A stretch of 64,000 nt of DNA from positions 31,312,001 to 31,376,000 of the forward strand of contig CM052818.1 of assembly GCA_028534125.1 (NCBI GenBank), read 5' to 3'. Position 1 is the stretch's first letter, and every line of letters begins with the position of its first letter. The stretch is from Lama glama. Its lineage: Eukaryota. Positions 41,538 to 54,019 of the stretch are shown one piece after another. A model generated the notes under the pieces. That model did not search any database. It had not been told where the DNA came from and was given only the letters and a program-made list of their open reading frames with translations. The position numbers and the translations under genes are program-made.

Positions 41538-42540
41538 CTAAGGAAAAAACAATATAGATAAATAACAATTTAAAGTTATGATTTCCCATAGGTAAATTTT
41601 ATCATGTCCTATAAATAAATCTACTTTCTAAGAAGTCAAAACATAGTGTTTCCCATTATTCTTGCTTCTATAATAAAAAATCAGGAAAAGAAGTTAACCT
41701 GGAAAAGTATAAAGGCACTGTTTCTCTTGTCAGTTTTACTAATTTAAGTTTCTGGTACTTTCCTAATTTAAAAATGCTAACTTTCATTGAAATCGTCAAT
41801 ATAGATTATTAAAACAAAAAAAAGTGCAAAAGGCATACAAGATTCCACTGTATATTTTGTAAGGTCATAGATACATAAGATTACTTTTTTAAATAAAAAG
41901 GATAGTCGAGAAATTTAACACTGAATATAGGGCTGAGGGAACAGAAAGTCAAAATTTTCATTTTAGACCTTTGTGGACTGTTTTTTTTTTTAAACAAATA
42001 CATGTATCTGTTTATTTTTTAAAATATACAAAGAATAACTAGATGTTTACTAAAGTGCTGGAGCCCCAGTACCTACAACAGTGCTTGACATAGAAGATGC
42101 TCAAATATTTGTTGAATTTGCTTAATTAACTTTTCTGGTGGCCAGGCATATAATATATATAAAATATTCTGAAGAAAAGTATATAACAGACTAAAAGTTC
42201 TTGAAAGAACAATAACTGATAGTAAGAATCCCTGATTACTGATTTTAATGCCCATTTAAATTTTTTGATAATTTACAGGTAACAAATTTACTAGTTAATA
42301 TATGACTACAGGAGAGAAAACTGGTCCAAGGCAGATAAAAGATAAGAAAATCAAAGGTTCCCTTTGGCAGTATCATGAAAACTTTGATCAAATGTAGCAA
42401 ATAAACTGTGGTATAGTCTGACAATGGAATATGATACAACAATAAAAATAAACGAACTATGGGTATCTACAGCAACATGGATGACATACAAGCATAATAC
42501 TGAGAGAAACAAAAGAAATAAGAATATATACATTAAAATT

Positions 42541-43821
42541 AGGAGAGTTCCCTTTTCTCCACACCCTCTCCAGCATTTATCATTTAGTGGACTCTTGAAT
42601 GATGGCCATTCTGACTGGTGTGAGGTGATACCTCGTCATAGTTTTAATTTGCATTTCTAGCACAACTGAGCATCTTTTCATGTGCCTATTGGCCATATGT
42701 ATGCCTTCACTGGAGAAATGTTTGTTTAGGTCTGCCCAGTTTTGGATTGGGTTGTTTGCCTTTTGGTTACTAAGTTGTATGAACTGTCTATATAAGCTGG
42801 AAATTAAGCCCTTGTCAGTCTCATCTTTTGCATCTATTTTCCCCCATTCCATAGGCTTTTTGTTTTGCATATGGTTTCCTTTGCTGTGCAAAACGCTTAT
42901 AAGTTTAATTAGGTCCCATTTATTTTTGCTTTTATTTCTATTGCTTGGGTAGAATGCCCTAGGAGAACATTGCTAAGATTTATGTCAGAGAATGTTTTCT
43001 TCTAAGAGGTTTATAAAGTCTTGTCTTAAGTTTAAGTCTTCAAGACATTCTGAGTTTATTTTTGTGTATGGTCTGAATGTTCTGACTTCACTGATTTACA
43101 TGCAGCTGTCTAGTTTTCCCAACACCATTTGCTGAAAAGACTGTCTTTACTCCATTGTATGTTCTTGTCTCCTTTGTCAAAGATTAATTGACCAAAAGTT
43201 TGTGGGTTTGTTTCTGGGCTCTCTATTCTGTTCCATTGGTCCATATGCCTGTTTTTGTACTGTTTTGATTACTGTTGGTCTCTAGTATTATCTGAAGTCT
43301 GGGAGGGTTATTCCTCCAGGGTCATTCTTTTTCTTCAGTATTGCTTTGGCAATTCTGGGTATTTTTTTGATTCCATATAAATTTTAGGATTATTTGTTCT
43401 AGTTCTGTGAAAAATGTCCTGGGTAATTTGATAGGGATTGTATTAAATTTCTAGATTGCTTTGGGTAGTATGGCCATTTTAACTATGTTAATTCTTTCAA
43501 CCCAAGAGCATAGAATAACTTTCCTTTTCTTTAAGCCATCTTTAATTTCCTTAATGTTTTGTAGTTTTCTGCATATAAGTCTTTCACTTCCTTGGTCAGA
43601 TCGATTCCTAATTATTTTTTTGGATGCAATTTTAAAAGAGATTGTTTTTTACTTTTCTGATATTTCATTGTTAGTGTAAAGAAATGCCACTGATTTCTCT
43701 ATGTTAATCTTGTATTCTGCTACCTTGCTGAATTCTTTTATCAGCTCTAGTAGTTTTTGTGTGGAGGCTTCAGGGTTTTCTATATATAGTATCATGTCGT
43801 CCACATACAAAGACAATTTTA
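42541..43821 (-). mobile_element. Inverted 5' segment of a twin-primed L1 (ORF2 3' portion)
   Basis: Antisense ORF2 (MANRHMKRCS...EMQIKTMTRYHLTPVRMAIIQ). Abrupt orientation switch at ~43821. Confidence 0.88.
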
Positions 43822-44570
43822 CCTGGAACCCTCCTATACCTTGGTGTAGAGCTTGGTGCAGCTGTTACAGAAAACAGTATGGCGATTCTTCAAAAGACTA
43901 AAAATAGACTTACCATATGATCCAGCAACCCCACTCCTGGGCATATAGCCAGAGGGAACCTTAATTCAAAAAGATACATGCACCGCAATGTTCACAGCAG
44001 CACTATTTCCAATAGTCAAGACATGGAAACAACCTAAATGTCCATCAACAGATGACTGGATAAAGAAGCTGTGGTGTATTTATACAATGGAATACTACTG
44101 AGCCATTAAAAAGAATAAAATGCCATTTGCAGTAACATGGATGGACCTGGAGATTGTCATTCTAAGTGAAGTAAGCCAGAAAGAGAAAGAAAAATACCAT
44201 ATGATATCACTTATATGTGGAATCTTTAAAAAAAGAAGAAAAAAAGACAAATAAACTTACTTACAAAACAGAAACAGACTCACAGACATTGAAAACAAAC
44301 TTATGGTTATGGGGGTCGGGGGAAGGGATAAATTAAGAGTTCGAGGTTTGCAGACACTAATATATACATATAATAGATGAACAAGTTTATACCATATAGC
44401 ACAAGGAACTATATTCAATATCTTGTAGTAACTTAAGGTAAAAAAAAGAATATGAAAACAAATATATGTACATGTATGATGGAAGCATTATACTGTACAT
44501 CAGAAATTGGCACAACATTGTAAATTGACTATACTTCAATAAAAATATATATATAAACTAAAAAAAATAT
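43822..44570 (+). mobile_element. Sense 3' segment of the same L1, with poly(A) signal and A-rich tail
   Basis: ggaaccctcct...ccatatgatccagcaaccccactcctgggcatata...acttcAATAAAaatatatatataaactaaaaaaaa. TSD atatacattaa. Confidence 0.9.
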
Positions 44571-45809
44571 AAATATACATTAAGTGTCCACATTTAAAAC
44601 TTTCTAGTTAAGATATTCTGGGGGTAAATACATATAGGTAGTAAAATTATAAAGACCAGCAAGGCAATACCTAACTTACAAGTCAGGTTAGTGGCTCTTC
44701 TCTTCTACTAAATAGGAGGGTGTTGTGATTGAGAAGCTAGGTGGCTTGCTGGCTGAAATATCTGAAGTATTACAGAGTATTAACATATTAACAGAGTAAA
44801 ACATGATCATTTGGGCTAAAGTAGCTACAAAATGCCTGTGGTTTTCATCAAATTTTCAAAAGTGTCCATCACCACTCATAATTATAACCCTCTCTCCAAA
44901 GTCTGGGAAGTTAAGTTCCAATACAGAAGAGACTTCATGATGGAGACGATCACAGAGGAGTCCTCTAAACTTGGACCCGCAGCAAGAAATACAAGTATAA
45001 AGGGCCGTCACCTACCAAAATGGATCAGTGAATTATGTGTCTTGGCCCAGATGATATGTCTGAAGTCACTATCCAAGGTGACATCAGCCCCACTCTGCAT
45101 TCCAACTATGATATATACTCAAAATCTGAAAAAAATTAAAACACAGGATGCCCTTTCTTTAACTAGCAGAAAGAGCAAGTTGACTACTAATTGTGCGTTG
45201 TACTATAGAATAAAAATCTTAAGCCTATGAATCCCAAACCTCAACTCTAACCTTGCGTGCGCAATTTCTCATACATGTTTCCTATGGATCCCAAAATAAT
45301 CTTCAGCTTTTCATTGAAGAAAATGTCAAAATAATGAAACGCCAGACTGTTTTGTTTGTCCCGGATAAACATATCACAAGGTATGTCTTCCCTGCCATCC
45401 AGCACTGTATCAGCACTGTGCCTGAAAAGTGACATACAACCTTCTGGGCAGCCTGGTTGGTCCACTGTCTGTCCGTCCTTCCTCCCTCCCTACTTCCCCC
45501 TTGAAAATTTCATAGGGAAGTACCTACAACAGACCAGCACCTATCAGTAAGTCCAGCTTAGCCAGTTTTTTCTGAATGGTGGACCAATTTCTCTAACTGA
45601 CCATCAGATGAAGTGACTGGTTTGCATATTGTTTTCAACACAAGAATCATATTCAGCACCAGACCACTCACATCTCAAACATTCCTTCTTATCTCTCCAC
45701 TCACCCTTCATCCATGCTAGTGCAGGTAAATGAAGTATACGATAAACAGATGTATGACATAATTCTGCTATAATAGTATTGGTACTAGTAGAATCAGCTA
45801 CTATAAAAT

Positions 45810-46220
45810 CCAGCATTTCTACCAGAATAATAGATTTCAATTGTGTACGTGGCTGTGTAGAAAGGACTACACTTCCCAGATTCTATTACAGCTTTTAGCT
45901 GTTCTCATTAATGGAGTGAGCAAGAGAGATTAGGTGCAACTTGTAATTCACTGGTCTAAAGGAAAAGTGCTGGCTCTGCACTTCCTTCCGTCTCCACTTC
46001 CTGCTGACTAGGGCAAAAAAGTGGTGGTGAACAGTGGCTCATACAGAAGAGGTTATTATGCCAGGCTGGGTGGGAAGAATCTGAGTCCTTGAATGACATC
46101 AGGGAGCAGAGCTATCCTGCCAACCTGGACCTGAGGGTGAAGTGAGTTCTACCTTGTTTAAGCCACTATGTTTAGAATTTTCTTTGATAATGCAGTTTAG
46201 CCTACCCCCTAAAACTTACA
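45810..46220 (+). mobile_element. MLT1I/J-like MaLR LTR
   Basis: gactacacttcccagattc...ttctaccttgtttaagccactatgttt. Confidence 0.6.
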
Positions 46221-46224
46221 TAGT

Positions 46225-46430
46225 AGCAAACATTTACTGCTTACTTTGCAAAGGGTGTATTCATGATCTCATCTAGTCATCACAGTAACTCTATGAGGTA
46301 GGTGGTGTTACAACTCCTTTTTTACAGATGAAGAGAAGTTTAGAGAAGTTAAATAGCTTAGCCAGGTTCAAATGACTTGAAGGTGGTAAGGCCAACAGTG
46401 AAACCAAATGTCTGTCTCTAATATCTCTAC
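46225..46430 (-). mobile_element. MIR SINE
   Basis: catcacagtaactctatgaggtaggtgg...tttacagatgaagagaag...agaagttaaatagcttagccagg. Confidence 0.7.
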
Positions 46431-47739
46431 CAATAAGCACTCTGCTTATATGATTCTCCAAACAAATTATACTGATTGGACTCTGGAAAGCATAACATTT
46501 GCAATGATTTCCACCAACGTGGTATCTCAAAAAGTTCTCAAAACTCTTAAGGTTTTGGTAGAGAGATTCAGCCAAAAACATGTGCTTCATAAGCAAAAAC
46601 TATAAACTATATAAATTTTATCATATTAAAGAAAAGTAGAGCAGCAACCTATAACTTATAAAAGAAAATCATTTACCTCTAAATGTTTGGCTTTAGTATC
46701 AGACATACACTGCTGAATCTGGAATGGATCTCCAAAGATCATCTACTCCAATTTCCTTATTTTATAGATGATGAAATAAAAACCTTTAAAAAAGTTACAT
46801 AAATGATTTGAAAATTTATAATGTTCGATACAAAGTGTCTCTGGTTTTATAAAGGCTGTAAATGGAATTACTTAACATGTAGACAATTTGTAGATGACTT
46901 TTTAGAAATAGCTACTTGTAATGGTTGATTTTGTGTGAACTAAACAATATGCTTATTTTACTTAATATATATGATATTTCATGGAGAAATGCTTTGTAAA
47001 TAGGCAAGTGATACTGATTAAAGCAACACTACAAAGTCAATATTTTATATTAAATCATGTGTTTGAGGGCTGCAACAACACTTTGAAGATGATTTAAAAA
47101 TCTAACTCTTAAAAAGTCATGGCCCAGCAAGTCAACCTCTGCCCGCTAGCAAAGGAAGTAGTCTTTCAGTCCAATGAAAGCCAGAAAAGAAACCAGTCAA
47201 GCTGTGCAAATCTACAACTAGGAAAAGACAGTGTAGGTAAAAAACTACTATCTCCACAAGGACAGCGGTCATATCCATCCTGTTGATCATTACATCCTAG
47301 AAGAAAGCTAGGATGGTGGACACTTAATAAGTAATTGCTCAATGAATGTACAGGATCCTGCTGCTACTTTTTCAACAAACACAAGTTACAAAACAAGACA
47401 TTCTTCTGTTAAGAAAAAGAAATTCTGCCAAAAAGAATAAGGAAGATCCATACTGATAATGTAGGAATTGTACAAATACTCAGTGCAAAGTATTTCTTGC
47501 CAACTTTCCTCTTCCACTACAAGGGAATCATCACACTAATGAGACTGAGTTTATTACAAGTTGTCAGTTACTCAGATTTTTTTTCCCATGGCCTGAAAGA
47601 ACTCCAAACCTTCTTTTGAAACAATCATGAGGTGCCTCAGGTAAAAAGGTGCCAGGTGACTCTGACCAATCCTTGAAGGTTTTCCTATCACCTAAGGCTT
47701 TTAATGGCAGCAGACAAATTGGGTTTACTCTTAATTCTG

Positions 47740-47895
47740 TTTAAATAGTTTGCTTATATGTGTGAACTTGGGCAAATTATTAAACTTTTCAAAGCTTCTA
47801 TTTTATCTTCTGTAAAGTGGGGTAATGGTGACACATGAAATGAAGCCACCCTCTTAAAGCACTTAGTACAGTATCTGCCACATAAGTGGTCAACA
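47740..47895 (+). mobile_element. MIR SINE
   Basis: tgtgtgaacttgggcaaattattaaac...ctgtaaagtggggtaatgg...aaagcacttagtacagtatctgccacataag. Confidence 0.65.
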
Positions 47896-48116
47896 GCCTT
47901 GATCACAATTATCCTTGGGTTTTTACTTTTTCTCTTTTAACAAAACCGCCTAATTCTTCTCCTTATGTCTGAATTAAATATGCCATACTATACCACAGAT
48001 ATTTATATACCGGTATGCTACAGTCCCTTCTAATTTGACTAATCTGACTCTGACAAAATAAAAATCAATAGGCGAGGCCACTCTGGTAAGGTCTCCTTCT
48101 CTGGTGTGTAACTTAC

Positions 48117-48281
48117 CACGGGTAGCGTGAGCCAGGTTGCCACAATGCGGTTGTTGATCCAGCGATACCAAGACGGGCTTATAAACATCAAAGGTAAAAA
48201 CGGACCCAGCATGAAAATGCTTCCAAAAAAGCATCCCCAAAACAGAGTAAGTATAAAGTAAATCCCTCTCCATGACACCAT
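48117..48281 (-). CDS. LCLAT1: LCLAT1 first coding exon (ATG at 48281-48279; exon starts 48285 with 4 nt of 5'UTR), aa 1-55 MVSWRGIYFILTLFWGCFFGSIFMLGPFLPLMFISPSWYRWINNRIVATWLTLPV
   Basis: Translation matches the recognised LCLAT1 N-terminus. Acceptor tgtctttcag|aatcATGG (AG at 48287-48286), with A at -3 and G at +4. Donor GTG|gtaagt at 48116. 165 coding nt, phase 0. Confidence 0.96.
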
Positions 48282-50329
48282 GATTCTGAAAGACACAAAA
48301 AAAGGATATATTTTGTTACTATACATAGAACTGCCTAAATTCAATTTCAGAATGATACATACAATAATCTTTTCTTAAAGGGCCACAAAAATGGCTCTGA
48401 TAAAAGGATATGAGCTTGAATACCATAGCAGTAACCCTCTTACATGTCCTACAGGTCTACCAAGTTGTCAGTACATTAGAAATGGATGCTTTCAACACAG
48501 TAAATGACCTCAAAAAAAAAAAAAGCTGTTTAGTTTAAGAAGCCTTTGATTTTTTTCTCGTTATTAGTATTAACATAAAACTGTATATTTTTTTCCAAGA
48601 TGTTATCCAACACAAAATTTTTAAATATTACAGAGGTTTTTTTTTTTTAAATCTTACTATAAAAAGTAGACTTAATGGAGTAAGAATTGCAGAACAGCTT
48701 CCTAAGGGTGACTATGCCTAAAAGTGATGGCACTTTTACAGAGTGCACTAAAAAAATTTTTTTAATCTAGAAATTTTAATTCTTTACATTAGAATCTAAA
48801 AGTAGTATCTTTGGGCAATTGGTCTTAAACTGACTTCTACTTAAACTTTTAGCTCATAAAGAGCCAGACTCCTCACTCAGTTCCCTAAATTATTTGCCAA
48901 AGGATTACTTTTGAGAATCCTTATAACCAGATGAACATAATATTGATGTTTTAAAATAAACTATTGGAAACAATCTAAAATGAATATCTGATTTTACAAC
49001 CTAAACTACATTAGAGCAAAAATATAGTTTGCCTGAAGACAATAATTGTTGGAAAACATTAAAACCATGAAAATAATAATGGCCTTAAAATTTATTTATT
49101 AAAAAAAGTTATCTTAAAACTCAAGGCCTCTGATTATTTGAAAAGAATCACAACAGGAAAAAGAAGTAAAATTTCAAATGTCATGACAGTGTTACATACA
49201 AAATCCTTCAAAGTACAAATAGAACAAATATCTACTAAGAACTGGCTTTCTGCTAACCTCTAGATCTGAACTTCTAAGAAATGGGTTGAGGGGAGTGAGG
49301 GTGGAGAAAAAGACCACTGGAAAACAGTGGCCAGTATGCTCACACACAAGGCCCAGGATCGTCCGTATTCCTACACACCCTTGGCTTTGCTTTCTCTGAG
49401 GCTCAGCTCCTCCTCTTTGCATTAAAAGATACTATAGGCAGCTTCTCTGCAGTCTAACTTAAAGCATTTAATAATAGTAATAATAATAGAAGCTTCTAAA
49501 TTCAGTATCCTCAACCCTTACTTCTTTTCATAACCCCCAACCCCTGCAATGCTGCTACTCTGTTTGAAACCACCCCCTCATCCCCAGAACTACCTTTTAA
49601 GAATCTGTTTGTGCCAATTAGCCATGAGCTAGTTCTTCATTTAGATACTCACCCCTGAACTCCCTAAAGGGCTGCACTTCACACTGTATCCGTATACAAC
49701 TACCTCCTCATCAAAGGCTCTGACACGCTTCTTCCTCATTTGACGTCATTAAAAGAAACAAAAATTATAGTTAAAGGAGCTTAGATATAACCTAATAAGA
49801 TTTTTGAATTTACAGTGATGAAGCTGAGGACCAGACGAGTTAAGCTGACTTTCCTAAATCCACATAACCAGTTAGTAGCATCAAGACTTCTTTGCCTTTT
49901 GCTCCTCCCAGTATATACCATGCTACCTCTCTCTTGTAAAGGATTTGGGAATCAGAGAACTGAGTCAACGTTTAAACATGTATTTAAACATAAACTTAGA
50001 TATAAAGAGATCATGAATACACTGGGATTTCTCAGACCAAGTCTAATCCAAAATTACTTTTCCATTCTACTCTTATTTCCTCCCTAACCTCTCAATTATT
50101 TGTTCAGTGATTCAGTAAACATACAGAGAGATTCCTACCGTGTGTCAGGTACAGTGCTGGTCATTTGGAGATACAACAGTGACTGTGACAGACATACCAA
50201 GCTCTCACAAACCGAATGGTCTCTCCATCTCCTCCTTATGAACTCTGCATGTTACCTAGCCCTATTCTTTCTCTTCTTCCAAGTCTCAAGGATTTGATAG
50301 AAAACTTAGTTAAGAATTATACGAGCTAC

Positions 50330-51030
50330 ACATTTATTTAGAATAGTTAAAATTTAAAAAAAAACTGACAAAGCCAAGTCCTGGTAAGGATGCAGACCAA
50401 TCAGACATCACATACACTGCAGGTGGGAATACAAAATGGTATGGCCACGATAGAAAACAGCTTTACAGTTTCTTAAAATGTTAAATGTACAATTACCATA
50501 TAACCCAGCAATCCCCACTACTGCATATCCAGGACAAATTAAAAACTTATGTTGACACATAAACCTGTACACAACTGTTTAGAGCAGCATTATTCACAAG
50601 TGCAAAAAACTGGAAACAACCCAAATGTCAAGTCAGGGGGTGAGTCGATAAACACATGCTTTTGTATCCAGAGAACTGAATCCTACTCAGCAATGAAAAG
50701 ACAAATGACTGATACATTCAACATCTGGGGTTAATCTCAAACACATTATGCTGAATGAAGGAACCAAGGCTCAAAAGGTGTGATTTCTTTTTAACTGTAT
50801 GATTTCATTCATATGACATTCCGGAAAAGGAAAATCTGAAGGAGGGAAATAGGTCAGTTGTTGCCAAAGGTGAGGGGTAGGGAGAGGGTTTGACTGGGAA
50901 GGCGCAGCACAAAGGAAGTTTTAGGGGTTGAGGAAACAGTTCTTATTTCCTGATCGCAGTGCTGGTTACACAGCTGTGCATTTTATTTTTACTGATCTTT
51001 TACTGTATGTAGATTAAGAAGTAAATTAAG
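50330..51030 (+). mobile_element. L1MC/L1ME-type 3' fragment
   Basis: ggtgggaatacaaaatggtatggccac...ccatataacccagcaatccccact...ggaaacaacccaaatgtc. Confidence 0.75.
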
Positions 51031-51154
51031 AAGATTATGCTATAGGAGATAAAATCTGATAGAATATTCATTAAGCTTTTACGATGTGGGGAATTCTACA
51101 TGTCTGGATTATTTCAATTATAATAATATCTAAAATATGTCAAACTTTTAGAAT

Positions 51155-51370
51155 ACGCCAGGCACTGTTTCATATATTTTAAACACGTGAACTTGTTTAA
51201 CACTCACAATTTACCCTGGTGTAGATATTTTCATTACCCGACATTTCATATGTAAGGATATTGAGGCACAAAGTGGTTAAAAACCATGCTCAAGATTATA
51301 CAGTTAGTAAATGGCAGAGCTGGGATTTAAATCTGAGTAATTATGGCGTCAGAGCACGTGCTCAGTCTAA
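51155..51370 (-). mobile_element. MIR SINE
   Basis: gccaggcactgtt...gaggcacaaagtggttaa...cagttagtaaatggcagagctgggatttaaatc. Confidence 0.7.
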
Positions 51371-53357
51371 AATGTTACACCGTTTTTTTCAAAGAATATA
51401 TTGCTTCTGTAATTGAACATACACACTTTAAAATAAGCAATATATAAAATCAAGATGTCACAAATCTAAACCAATTTTTAACACCTCATGCAAAAATTAC
51501 TCTGAATGTTAGAGAAGTTCACAGAAACTTAGCAAATCTAGTGTCCCTAGTACTTGACATATAGCACACAAAAACTTGGGGAGAGCCAGGGATAGGAGCT
51601 GCCAGCTTTTGCTGGCAGAAAGTCTGGCTAAATAACTGGTAAATTAAACATCTAATCTTTTAAATCCTTTAAGATAAAAAATAAAGGCCACATCATTGAA
51701 AAATAATTACAAACACTGTAATTTAATATTTTTGTGCATTCTTTGTATAATACTGATAGCATTCTCAAAAAAAGAAAAGTCATCTGGAAAAGAAATAACC
51801 ATAGTTTTAAAATGGCATATCCATTTTATTGCCAAATACAGAGATATAGAACCAAACTGTAGATCGTCTTGAAAAGCTATGCCTACTTCACTATCCCAGG
51901 AGCGTTTTCCCTGAAGACCGCTTTCCTTCTGGTGAGTTAGTAAGGTCTCTTACCCCACTAACTTTTAGCTCATAATCTCATTCTGATGCTTGCCCAGGCT
52001 GTCTAGCCACCTGCGCTTCAAAGTGACTTCAATGCCAAGCAAAGGCAGGAACCAAAACAGAGCCCACCTGGACTTCCTCCTCAGCTGCATATATTATTCC
52101 TGGAGTATGACAGTGTGGGAGGACACCCCCTGACAAGGATTAATGGAATCTATTAGGGATACTTACAGTTCCTTGCTCAGGAAGGAAAGATGTTTTACTG
52201 CATAAAATTTCGTTAATATTTGAATTGTTACATGAATTAACTAACTATTACCGCTCTTACAGTCTAGCAGGGAAGCTAACTATGCTAAGAAGTTATTGCA
52301 ATCTGGTGTGATACATGCCACGACAGAGGTGCGAAGGGGTGTTCAGGATAGATGAAAGTAAGGCAAGATGAGTTCCGCTAAAAGGGATTAAGGAAGGCAC
52401 TAGACTCTTAGAGGATGAGAGATTGGGAGAGGGGAGATTAGTCCAGGCAGTAGAACAAAATATGCAGAGTCACAGAAATTTGAAACAGCATGGCTTAACA
52501 AGGAACTATAACTCATTACCTACTAATGAGATACAGAGTATACATCAGGGAGCTGCAAGAAGTCAGAAAGACACAGGTCCTAGGGACAAAGTGCACACAG
52601 TCCAGGCCAGGATAGCAAGAGTACCACCAGCAGCAGGTCACCATGGGTACATGACTCATGTTTTAGGATAAATGTTAAAAGTGACATGGTGCCTGTAAGC
52701 CTAGACCCAATAAAACCAATCTCTATACTGACTAAGCGTCTTAAGAAGAAAGAGCTTCTCTGCTCTTTGCGTGGGACTGCTGGCAAAAATCCAAGCAGAT
52801 ATCAGAGAAGTCTGTGAGCCAGGAGCATCTGATCCAGCTCCACCACTCAAAAGTCTGATGATCAAGACGTCACTTAACCAGGATGCTCACAGGTGAGGAA
52901 CTACCTTTTGAGCACCTAATATTTGCCACATTACACAAGGCTCTTGGTATTTACATATTTAACACCTACAGATGCAAATTTATGAACAACCCAAAGGTTC
53001 ATGACATATAAGTAATCTATAATTTTGCTGAAACTCAATGCTAGAATTTGAATACTGCAAGGCTACTGTCAAAAACCAAATCATTTAGGTAGTAATAATC
53101 TGACCAACTATCTAGTAACCTAACCTCAATGGGTCTTTAGTCTGTTTTACTTACCTCATATGCATCATGGTGCATGCGTCCAATTTGCAAATTGGAGGTT
53201 TTAAAAAGACCTTGCTATAAACCTTGATAATGTCAAATCTGTCCTAAAATCAGCACTTGAAAAACATTCTCATCCAATCCAAAGAAAAGCCTCAAAAATA
53301 AGATATTAGTTATATCAGTGGTATTTACTGGTGAAGAAATATGGGACTTGTTCTCTT

Positions 53358-53483
53358 TTCTTTGGGGGGAGGTTAATTAGGTTTATTTATTTATTATTGT
53401 TATTTTTAATTTACCTGACGTATGACTTTGTGCATGCTAGGCATCTACTCTACCACTGAGCTGTATATACCCTCACTGCCCCT
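53358..53483 (-). mobile_element. tRNA-derived SINE (camelid vic-1-like, tailed form) with 16-bp TSD; B box missing
   Basis: Minus strand cagctcagtggtagagtagatgcctagcatgcaca...taaataaataaacctaattaacctcccccc. TSD tgggacttgttctctt at 53342-53357 and 53484-53499. Confidence 0.85.
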
Positions 53484-53896
53484 TGGGACTTGTTCTCTTA
53501 ATGAAAAGTGTCTACACTGTTTATACTGAGATAGGTGAGGTAACGAATCTATTATCCTCCCCATTCCCCCATTCCAAAAGAACCTATTACCAGGGGCATT
53601 CCCAGAAAATGCAGAGGAGAGCTCAAAACTAGGACCAGTAAAAAAATTAAAAACCATAAAGTAAATAACGAGTAATAAAAGTAACATAGTTAAGCATATT
53701 GTTTAAGACACTGTCTTCTCTGGAGAAGGTAAAGCTGAGTTTCTGGACTAGGGGATACACAGCTGAGGGCAGTCACTGCTCTAAGAACAGTGGGATTAAG
53801 TGACCATATACCTACTGAATCCTGAATGCTGAGACCCCACAGGGTCTCCCTCACTGGGCGGTCAGATGGCTGCAGCAAGATTTTTCAGTCCTAGTC

Positions 53897-54000
53897 CAGT
53901 GCTCTCCAATAAACCTTTCTACAGTGATGGAAATGTTCAATAGCTGTGCTTTGCAACATGGTAGCCATTAGCTACAGGTGGCTATTGTATTGAACATGAA
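53897..54000 (+). mobile_element. MER3-like hAT fragment
   Basis: cagtgctctccaataaacctttctacagtgatggaaatgttc...atggtagccattagctacaggtggctattg. Confidence 0.65.
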
Positions 54001-54019
54001 TAGCACAGCTCTAGGCAGA

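Noticed and set aside
44832..45230. 132-aa ATG-started plus-strand ORF
   Set aside because: No recognisable homology, promoter or splice structure; length is within chance for six frames over 64 kb.
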